A stretch of 64,000 nucleotides of DNA from Candidatus Daviesbacteria bacterium (GTDB lineage Bacteria; Patescibacteriota; Microgenomatia; Daviesbacterales; UBA10151), in the NCBI GenBank assembly GCA_016187035.1, contig JACPKL010000005.1, positions 135,150 to 199,149 on the forward strand, in the 5' to 3' direction. Below the pieces are notes generated by a model that saw nothing but the letters and a program-made list of their open reading frames with translations, had not been told where the DNA came from and did no database searches. Below, one piece after another: positions 56,801 through 63,242 of the stretch (within the stretch, counting starts at the first letter, position 1; each line of letters opens with the position of its first letter). Made by a program: the position numbers and the translations under genes.

Positions 56801-57382
56801 AAACAACTTTCTGAGTATTTTCTTCCATTTTCTACTGCTGATTCGGCAAAACTGGTGTTTAAGGTAAGGCCTTGGAATAATTGTAAAGAAGCGCTTAAAT
56901 ATCTCGGGAATGAAAAATGTAATGAAGAACAAACAAAGAAGAGATTTGATATGCCAACTGAGGTTTTAATAAGTAATGTCTCCTTAAATAAAATTTTGAA
57001 AGAATCTCCATTTTTAGTTAAGAAGAATAATCAAGACTCTATACTTACTTTGCCAAATATCACTTATACAAAGATAAATAACTCAGAGTATAAAGTTAAA
57101 GTAAAGGATGCACAAAATCCATTTATTCTGGTTTTAAGTGAACTCTTTGATCCTGGATGGAAAGTATACTCAAGTTCTAATAAAGAGGTAGGTGAAGAGC
57201 ATTTTTTAGCAAACACCTACGCAAATGGTTGGTTAATTAATCAAAAGGGAAGTTATGATTTGATGATAAAATATGAACCTCAAGAAATATTAAAAAAAGG
57301 AGAGAATACGTCTATCTTGACTATTCTAGCAGGACTATTATTTTTGGGAGGGAGGTTTCTTTGTAGGAATGAAAAAAAATAA
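53900..57382 (+). CDS. Giant (about 1160 aa) AftD/YfhO-like GT-C membrane protein, paralog 3, with a ~420-430 aa extra soluble region
   Basis: The N-terminal half is collinear with the 738-aa ORF at 14173 (LFYWFNPISLVNVWNRFL, TKGNNPPFG...FRNPFEKIGF). The C-terminus PFILVLSELFDPGWKV...YANGWLINQKGSYDL is followed by a TM anchor. I prefer the ATG at 53900 to the TTG at 53873. Confidence 0.65.
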   Translation: MGLRLKYILLLLSLPTLLILIWFRDGNLMATGESGIPFYDLSIQHNINKSAWAAYTLGHPINISVAGAPTYYFLSLIQRVGIPSPIIQAAFLWFVLVCSGFGIYFLTKQVFPEIQKKYLIFSVLFYWFNPISLVNVWNRFLNNFLFFYALLPISLFLFLKGIKTKQYKYAIVISLVSTVFSYAFTSIAFDMILWIVFIYTTFFYSVVSKENNKFFVFKFFILTFVYWSLVNLWWIGQVLSYMGQGSFTLVSSSSFISTDNYYTFYVLSQRLGKLIDLLRFKHSSFFADIELINWVKIYQFPLITFFEFLFTGILLFPIVIKRKHPEVLFLGPLFLLSIFFTKGNNPPFGEIFNQAFISFSFLQVFRNPFEKIGFILPLSAAPLFCMGAFSIIRRLNKRWGNVMFFLILFWLVIIWGGPFWSGLVFTGGPIPTNNYKVGYHIKVPDYYKQAADWLASQSRNFRLTVLPIGGEGITYSWVKGYSGVELSNQLLPVTSVSFSTNIPFYEQVSMNLERLFLTKNEFPKVMDILNSKYLVVRSDIDWKTRNMRNPQVIDNRIEALKPSPYKFNNVRTFDKLSFWEYSDWEDRTIYPAKRIVKASGALKIDDILQLDKEDVLYSNDNKIISQDLVKAEIIHPSYKFELGSKRTHTDFSFTDDLIFPAVKVLPSHRFYSLILLKERIEDLSIRNREELLVRKISLLGKRLIEAEKELERGNLNGMKISLLAYIKNLQEVIPKVPNVGIKINNQSITQEELYIVFNRHVEKISKFKKNFPENETIKVAEETLKHLLIERGISPYFGYQDKQSFPIKGRKVYQFSIDHSGNYELLLDAKSWDKYFRLSWNEPLLIQIDDNIVYTDAVFKNDYVSLGSFNFNKGKHEIAWNTPKEINLVEVPSEFTLNIGHGVAEKTFGINSFDPYSSYILNFNYLIKKGSGIEVTIEQNNDKYKKDKIDPNFFKYAGPDLYNFTDVKQLSEYFLPFSTADSAKLVFKVRPWNNCKEALKYLGNEKCNEEQTKKRFDMPTEVLISNVSLNKILKESPFLVKKNNQDSILTLPNITYTKINNSEYKVKVKDAQNPFILVLSELFDPGWKVYSSSNKEVGEEHFLANTYANGWLINQKGSYDLMIKYEPQEILKKGENTSILTILAGLLFLGGRFLCRNEKK

Positions 57383-57692
57383 ATTATTACTACTTATATT
57401 TAAGTTAACATTGTTTATTATTCTGGTTAGTAGTCTAATTGTAAGAAATTATCAATCCACTATTTTTGATCAATTATTCTATTGGTGGATTTTGTTATTA
57501 ATGATTTTTATTGGATTAACATTACATTTCAAAAGCATTTTTTATTTATCGTCGGCCTTTATCTTGTTTTTTATATCAGCCATATTAACCGTAGTTGGGT
57601 CAAAGGAAATAGCAGAAGGAGTAATGCGCATAAGTCTTATTGGTTGGTTAATCGGATTAATTCAATCTGTGGTTGAATATAAGATTTCCTAG
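57369..57692 (+). CDS. Small membrane protein (107 aa, ~3 TM), member B of the four-copy family
   Basis: Overlaps the end of the giant GT-C gene by 14 nt. Shows 29/69 ungapped identities to the ORF at 16389. Shares F33-D34-Q35 and the IA(E/D)xxxR motif at identical positions with the ORF at 61204. Confidence 0.6.
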   Translation: MKKNKLLLLIFKLTLFIILVSSLIVRNYQSTIFDQLFYWWILLLMIFIGLTLHFKSIFYLSSAFILFFISAILTVVGSKEIAEGVMRISLIGWLIGLIQSVVEYKIS

Positions 57693-57742
57693 TCTTCACC
57701 TCGGAGTAAATATAAAGTACTATAATAATTGTAAATTAGTTC

Positions 57743-60700
57743 ATGTCTCAAAAGCTAGTATTTTTTCTATTAAGTATTTTAATCACCATAAGCTGGTTTA
57801 AAAGCGGATTATACTATGGTGGAGCAGAGGTAGGGATATCGCCATATTATAACCCTGCCCGATATTTAAATATCCAGCAATTTATCTGGTGGGCAGATGT
57901 TGCTCCGGGGACACTGGTGCCTCAATTTATAAGCGCAGTTCCTTTGTATTTTATTTTGTCTCTTTTACAAAATCTCCTTTCCCCTTTGATGTTACAAGCC
58001 CTAGTCTTCTTTTGCCTGCTATTTTTAATGGGGTATGGCATGTATCTTTTTACCCTTTCATATATAGGTAAGGATAAGGTTTTTTATGCGGTTATTGCTG
58101 GTTTATTTTATATGTTTAACTCCTATATGTTGGTGGAGGTTTGGCACCGCTTTTTATATGGAGGGTTTTTTTTGGCTGCTTTTTTACCTATCCTGGCATT
58201 ATTTTGGAAGCTTTGGATTCAAAAAGGTAACTTTGTTCATCTTGTAATTCTACTTTTGGTAAGCCTGATTTCCTCATATATGTTCGGAAATCTAACATCT
58301 TTTATTGCCTTATGGATAGCATTTTTTCTACTTACTTTGGCAGAAGCGGTTTTCCCCTGGCAGGGAAGAATAAACTTAGTCAGAGTAACTAAATGGTTCG
58401 TAATTGGGTTGACATTTTTTATTTTAACCAACCTTTGGTGGTTAATCCCGGTAGCTAAAGTATCAACGCAAGTTTTACCAAATCAGCATTCAAGTGAAGA
58501 TAATATCAGCACACTTGTTAATATTAGTAAACAGACAATCTTGCCTTATATCCTGCAGTATGCTAACCCATTTTATTTATTCTATACCCAGGAACTTGGA
58601 AGTATCTATAAAAATACTATTTTTCTTATCCTCCCATGGATTCCGGCAATTGTCATATTTCTTGGGTTATTGGTAGTACTGAAGAATAAAAAGCTGGCTG
58701 TTTTAGGATTATTTTACCTAATCACTATTATTATTGCTAAGGGTGCTGCTAATCCTTTTGGGTATCCTTATATCTGGGGGTTTATGAACACCTTTTTTAT
58801 AGGAGTGATCAGAAATCCTTTTGAGAAATTAGGTGTTTTATTACCTTTTTTCAGCAGCACACTTTTTGTAATAGGTCTAGAGTATATTTTTCTTTATACT
58901 ACCAGAAGATTTGGAAAGTTTATTTCTCGGTTAGCGATATGTATTATTCTAATAAGTATATTGATTTTTGCATTCCCTATGTTTACTGGAAGAGTTTTTA
59001 ATAAACCAGACTATCCACTGCTTGTTCAAGTTCCGGATACCTACAAGCAGGCAGATAACTGGTTTAAAAAACAAAAAGATATAGAAGGTAATATTCTTCA
59101 TTTACCTTTTACGAATAATGATGTAGTTACATATAATTGGGAACATGGTTATCATGGGGTGGAAGTAAATGAAATTCTTTTTACATCCTTGCCTTCTATC
59201 ACAAGAAATGTGGGAATAAAAAGGGTAGATGACACGCTTAGAAGTCTTGCATTTATTTTTAACAAACCGTTTTTAAATAATGAACAAATTCTTAATTTGC
59301 TTCAATCGTTTAATGTTTCATATATTGTATTTCATAAAGACATGAGATGGGATGATGTTTCAACATACGGGAAAAATATCAAACTAAATGATCTGTTTGA
59401 GATTGAGAATACTCTTAACAGTTTAGATTTTTTAGAAAATAAAGCATCATTTGGAAGCCTGATTATATATAAGATTAAGGATAGTTTTTATAAACCTAAA
59501 ATAATATTTAGCAATAATTATGATTTAGTAGATGCAGGAGAAAGCAATATTATGCAAACACTTACGTTTTCTAAAATTAACAGTCAGATAACTGCTATGG
59601 GTGAAGAAAAAGATAATGTACTATGGGAGAATTCTTCTCAGGTTTTAATATTTCCAAGAACAATTTTATATACATGGGAATACTCAAAAGAGGTTTTAGA
59701 CAGTATGTTAAATAAAAGTATTATTGATCCTAATGATGATGCACTCCCTTTTAATCAGCTTAAGTTAGCTAAACAACGATTATTCTTGCATTCTGGGGAA
59801 TTGTTAAGTGAGACATTAATCGATAAAATAATGTCAGCAAATAATTTAATATTAGAATTAAACAAATATAGAATAAATCAAAATATTCCTCCCCAATCTC
59901 TTTTAAAAAGTTATGATGATCAAATAAATGCAATTTTTACAAGCGGATTTGATGGTTCAAGCATCCAACGCATACTAAGATCTTTACTTGCAAAAGTGTT
60001 CACCCTGCATCTTTATGTGCTAGAACGTTTTTATAACTCAGGAGATACTGATAATCATGTGTTTGCAAAAGAACTTTATGATAGATTGAACACATACTTA
60101 ATTAACAATAAGGTTTTACCCAAGTATTTTTCTGTTGGGAAAGAGACCAACGGACAGTCTCAGAGAAGAGTGCATAGCTTTTATCTACCCAAGAGTGCGT
60201 CTTATGAACTTTTAATTACGGATAATAGTATGTTTCCTTTATACCCAGATATCATCTCAAAATTACATATCAATTTGGACGGAAATCCTCTTTCAGTAAC
60301 ACCCTCCAGTAGAGACGATTTCACTCATTTGACAGAAGTTGAATTAGATAAAGGAGTACATGAAATCAGTTATGTAATGTATCCTTCATCCAACTTGGTG
60401 TCGAATCTTAATGAATTTAAGTTGGAAGGAGTCAGTCAGTTAGTAAATAATCAAATTTTGAAGTTTACAGCAAATCCTCAAGTAGGATCAGCTGCAACTA
60501 TGGTGTTGGATAAGTTAAATGGAGGTGATATTTATGAAATATCCTTTGAGGCACTAACTGATAACGCAGATAAATTCTACATAGAGATGACGGAGGATAC
60601 TGAAGGAGATAATGTAGTAGATAATTGCACTAAGACTACATGCTATCCTTTGGAGTTAGTATCAACTAGTAAGGATTGGCAGAGAGTTTCTTTTGTTACA

Positions 60701-61207
60701 ACCCCTCTTAATATAGCTACACGTAAAGCAAATCTTAGATTATTGTTACCTCTTAATCAATTTTCGACTTTAACTTTTACTGTGCAGATTAGAAATCTTC
60801 AGATTAATAGGCTAATGGATAATAATTTAATCTTGAGAAAGAAGTTATCAAATGACTCGCTTGTGAGTTCTCCTTCTGGTTATTTAACAAGTTTTAAAAA
60901 GTTAAGTCCAGTAAAGTATGAGGGAAGAATCAAATTAGATAAACCTTCGTTCATGTTTTTTAAAGAGACTTTTAATCCTGGATGGAAACTTGAATTATTT
61001 AAAGATAATGATAAATTCAAAATTGATAAACACTTTTTAGGAAATTTGTATGGCAATACATATTACATTGATAAAACAGGCGAGTATAATTTCAAGCTGG
61101 AATTTGAGCCCCAAAAAAATGTTAATTTGGGAATTATGGTTGCTGGATTTGGCTGGGTAGGAATTCTAATCGGCTTTGTGTATTCCGTTCTTAAAACTAA
61201 GCAATGA
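57743..61207 (+). CDS. Giant (1154 aa) AftD/YfhO-like GT-C membrane protein, paralog 4
   Basis: LVEVWHRFLYGG and AKGAANPFG...IRNPFEKLGV. The insert module HSFYLPKSASYELLI...LDKGVHEISY is homologous to YQFSIDHSGNYELLL...FNKGKHEIAW in paralog 3. The C-terminus PSFMFFKETFNPGWKL is followed by a TM anchor. Confidence 0.65.
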   Translation: MSQKLVFFLLSILITISWFKSGLYYGGAEVGISPYYNPARYLNIQQFIWWADVAPGTLVPQFISAVPLYFILSLLQNLLSPLMLQALVFFCLLFLMGYGMYLFTLSYIGKDKVFYAVIAGLFYMFNSYMLVEVWHRFLYGGFFLAAFLPILALFWKLWIQKGNFVHLVILLLVSLISSYMFGNLTSFIALWIAFFLLTLAEAVFPWQGRINLVRVTKWFVIGLTFFILTNLWWLIPVAKVSTQVLPNQHSSEDNISTLVNISKQTILPYILQYANPFYLFYTQELGSIYKNTIFLILPWIPAIVIFLGLLVVLKNKKLAVLGLFYLITIIIAKGAANPFGYPYIWGFMNTFFIGVIRNPFEKLGVLLPFFSSTLFVIGLEYIFLYTTRRFGKFISRLAICIILISILIFAFPMFTGRVFNKPDYPLLVQVPDTYKQADNWFKKQKDIEGNILHLPFTNNDVVTYNWEHGYHGVEVNEILFTSLPSITRNVGIKRVDDTLRSLAFIFNKPFLNNEQILNLLQSFNVSYIVFHKDMRWDDVSTYGKNIKLNDLFEIENTLNSLDFLENKASFGSLIIYKIKDSFYKPKIIFSNNYDLVDAGESNIMQTLTFSKINSQITAMGEEKDNVLWENSSQVLIFPRTILYTWEYSKEVLDSMLNKSIIDPNDDALPFNQLKLAKQRLFLHSGELLSETLIDKIMSANNLILELNKYRINQNIPPQSLLKSYDDQINAIFTSGFDGSSIQRILRSLLAKVFTLHLYVLERFYNSGDTDNHVFAKELYDRLNTYLINNKVLPKYFSVGKETNGQSQRRVHSFYLPKSASYELLITDNSMFPLYPDIISKLHINLDGNPLSVTPSSRDDFTHLTEVELDKGVHEISYVMYPSSNLVSNLNEFKLEGVSQLVNNQILKFTANPQVGSAATMVLDKLNGGDIYEISFEALTDNADKFYIEMTEDTEGDNVVDNCTKTTCYPLELVSTSKDWQRVSFVTTPLNIATRKANLRLLLPLNQFSTLTFTVQIRNLQINRLMDNNLILRKKLSNDSLVSSPSGYLTSFKKLSPVKYEGRIKLDKPSFMFFKETFNPGWKLELFKDNDKFKIDKHFLGNLYGNTYYIDKTGEYNFKLEFEPQKNVNLGIMVAGFGWVGILIGFVYSVLKTKQ

Positions 61208-61545
61208 ATATAACTAAAAAAGTTATTTTAACGCCAGTAGTATTTTTATTGTCTGGATTTATATTTGCGTTTTTGGATAATGGGATAGAAATAGAAAGGT
61301 TTGATCAAATCATACAACCTATATTTTTTGCGGTTATTCTAACCTCTGATATTTTGTTACCTAGTTTTAGGAAGAATTTAATAATTTTCTCATGTTGTTT
61401 ACTAGTTCTAATGATTTTAATTTATTTATTGCAAAATCTTATGATTGCTGATTGGATTGGAAGATTAGGTTTTGGAATATTATTTATAACTATTTTTTCC
61501 TATACCCCTGAAATTATAAAGAGAGGGTATCTTGAAAAATTCTAA
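61204..61545 (+). CDS. Small membrane protein (113 aa, ~3 TM), member C of the four-copy family
   Basis: The start overlaps the stop of the giant GT-C gene (ATGA). RFDQ at residues 32-35 and IADWIGRLGFGILF align without gaps to member B. Confidence 0.55.
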   Translation: MNITKKVILTPVVFLLSGFIFAFLDNGIEIERFDQIIQPIFFAVILTSDILLPSFRKNLIIFSCCLLVLMILIYLLQNLMIADWIGRLGFGILFITIFSYTPEIIKRGYLEKF

Positions 61546-63044
61546 TCATAAATTTTGACTATAATTGAATATACCTTTTTTTCTGAAAGATCTTTAGGGA
61601 GTTCTCCCAAATCTTCGTAAAATACTTTTATAGTAGGATCATTATATAGGAGTTGAAGCGCGTCGCTGCCGTTTAAAATGTACGCTGCTTGTTTTGAAGC
61701 TTTACCCCATTCTTTAGTTAAGTAAGGATAGTTTGGATCATTTTTTAAATAAAGCGCAGTTCCCTTTGGTAGATTAGGATAAGTTTTTTTTACTTGATTT
61801 AAAAGTTTTTCTGCTAATTTTCCTCTGTTGGCTGCCCAATAGTTTGTACTGCCTAATATAGCAGACGTAGAAGATAAAACAGTTAGACTAATAATAACTA
61901 AAGACATAAATATCTTTGCAAGTATTATTCTTTTTTTTCTTAATTCTTTGTAAAAGCTGAAAATTATATATCCTATCAGTACCCAAAAAGCAGGTAAACT
62001 TATTGGTAAATAATGTGTGGATTTATGTAAGGGAAGTAAGATAACTGGTAACAGTCCTAAGGGAAACCAAATAAGATTAAATAAAAACCTTCTTTCTATA
62101 AATACACCTCTCATTTTTATAAAAAGGTAACTTGTGGCGATAAAAAGTAAAACTGTAGATATAAAAAAAGCTGGAAAAATCAATATATAATAATTACTCC
62201 AGTATCTAAGTAGAGTTGGATTTAATCTAAGACCTGGGGAAACAAAATCTATCAAGGTTTCAGGAATGCCTAAAGCCCAATTTGAATACCAAAACAAAGA
62301 ATTTATTGCAGTTTTGATACTGAAGATGGCTTGATATTGCTTTTCTTGTGAAGAAAAACCCATTTTAAAGACTTCAATCAGTACAAGCAAGCCTGCGAAA
62401 CAAAAAAAGGGTAATGTATCAACGGCAACCTTTCTTTTATTCAGTTTAAGGATTATTCCTAATCCAAATATTAAAAAGGGAGTTATTAGTGTTTGCTCGT
62501 GGGAAGATATACCTAAAAGAAAAAACAAAAGACTAATTATTTTAAATTTTACACTACTTGTTTCTATATAATGATAAAAAAATAATAGGGATAATAAAAC
62601 AAACGCTGTAGCAAGCAATGTCTGTATACCACCGGCTAAATAATAAAGCGTTGCAACATTAGCAGCTGTTATTCCAAAGAAAAAAGATGTAAAAAAAGAT
62701 AAAAATTTATTTTTAAATAATTTTTGCACTAGCAAAAAGACCAGATAGATATTTACAAAATGAATAATCATGGTAAAGATTCTAAACGGGAAGTGATTTA
62801 AACCAAAAATCGAGTAATAGAGATTAAATGGTATCTCTCTAGATAAGGGTCTATAAAAAGCTATGCCTCTTTTCTCAAAAGGATAGAATCCAAAAAGTTT
62901 AATAAATTCTGTTAAGCTTCCATCTGTTTGACTTACTTTAAAATGGAAGAAGTCATCTTGAGAAAAATAAGTAAATAGGACTGGGTGGTAAAGGAATAAG
63001 ACAGTTATTAAGATAATAAGAAACGGGGATATTTTTTTCCACAT
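61542..63044 (-). CDS. PMT_2/ArnT-like GT-C polytopic membrane protein (500 aa, short C-terminal domain)
   Basis: YFSQDDFFHFK follows TM1, and IFGLNHFPFRIFTMIIHFVNIYLVFLLVQKLF matches the PMT_2/ArnT-type loop-helix. About 11 or more hydrophobic segments. Confidence 0.6.
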   Translation of the reverse strand: MWKKISPFLIILITVLFLYHPVLFTYFSQDDFFHFKVSQTDGSLTEFIKLFGFYPFEKRGIAFYRPLSREIPFNLYYSIFGLNHFPFRIFTMIIHFVNIYLVFLLVQKLFKNKFLSFFTSFFFGITAANVATLYYLAGGIQTLLATAFVLLSLLFFYHYIETSSVKFKIISLLFFLLGISSHEQTLITPFLIFGLGIILKLNKRKVAVDTLPFFCFAGLLVLIEVFKMGFSSQEKQYQAIFSIKTAINSLFWYSNWALGIPETLIDFVSPGLRLNPTLLRYWSNYYILIFPAFFISTVLLFIATSYLFIKMRGVFIERRFLFNLIWFPLGLLPVILLPLHKSTHYLPISLPAFWVLIGYIIFSFYKELRKKRIILAKIFMSLVIISLTVLSSTSAILGSTNYWAANRGKLAEKLLNQVKKTYPNLPKGTALYLKNDPNYPYLTKEWGKASKQAAYILNGSDALQLLYNDPTIKVFYEDLGELPKDLSEKKVYSIIVKIYD

Positions 63045-63068
63045 ACATTAAAGTATATAATTTGTTGA

Positions 63069-63242
63069 ATGGGACTTAAAAGTAGGTATTTTTTTGGGTT
63101 GGTGTTGTTAATGTTTATTTTGAGTGCAGTCTTTATTATGTTTGGTCACTCTGGATTTGCTTCTAGATTCCTTGGTATATCTTTTTGGGTTTTGGTATTA
63201 GGAATAACTTTATATATTTGGGAAGTAACAAATGAAAAATAA
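63069..63242 (+). CDS. Small membrane protein (57 aa, 2 TM), divergent member D of the four-copy family
   Basis: Own translation: MGLKSRYFFGLVLLMFILSAVFIMFGHSGFASRFLGISFWVLVLGITLYIWEVTNEK. It falls below the ORF-track size cutoff. SRFLGISFWVLVLG resembles MRMSFIFWLVGL and MRISLIGWLIGL. It overlaps the downstream membrane-protein start by 11 nt. Confidence 0.4.
   Translation: MGLKSRYFFGLVLLMFILSAVFIMFGHSGFASRFLGISFWVLVLGITLYIWEVTNEK

Noticed and set aside
4600-58170. Homopolymer tracts (A8 or T8 runs, for example near 4603-4620, 11525, 15161, 55105, 57369-57380, 58165) as phase-variation switches of glycosyltransferase genes
   Set aside because: Runs of 7-8 A or T are expected by chance at this base composition. 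None reaches the 9-10 or more typically associated with slipped-strand switching. All genes are currently in frame.
3042-58431. Antisense ORFs of 60-112 aa in the track (for example 3042-3281, 4903-5109, 8409-8603, 8455-8649, 8935-9198, 10194-10391, 11202-11396, 12361-12570, 13660-13956, 17319-17657, 18632-18820, 22063-22254, 23716-23922, 24730-24936, 25632-25826, 28556-28840, 29745-30017, 32252-32518, 36009-36206, 41274-41504, 43518-43706, 44995-45297, 45957-46145, 46539-46805, 50013-50234, 50412-50642, 50541-50789, 54958-55200, 56675-56932, 58237-58431)
   Set aside because: All lie fully inside longer ORFs on the other strand that have clear family signatures. Their translations are low-complexity with no motifs. 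This is the expected by-product of AT-rich coding sequence.
9517-58676. Same-strand, out-of-frame ORFs inside larger genes (9517-9768, 24454-24711, 34453-34707, 38839-39045, 45031-45219, 54052-54285, 57482-57676, 57889-58071, 58494-58676)
   Set aside because: They are embedded in, or straddle, well-supported genes in another frame. They show no conserved motifs and there is no sign of frameshift signals. I do not treat them as overprinted genes.
53900-61207. Reading the two proteins of over 1150 aa as S-layer proteins or adhesins because of their size
   Set aside because: Their N-terminal ~450 aa are densely polytopic and collinear with the shorter GT-C-like paralogs. The size excess is a discrete soluble insert rather than repeats. 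No signal-peptide-only architecture or repetitive adhesin modules are present.
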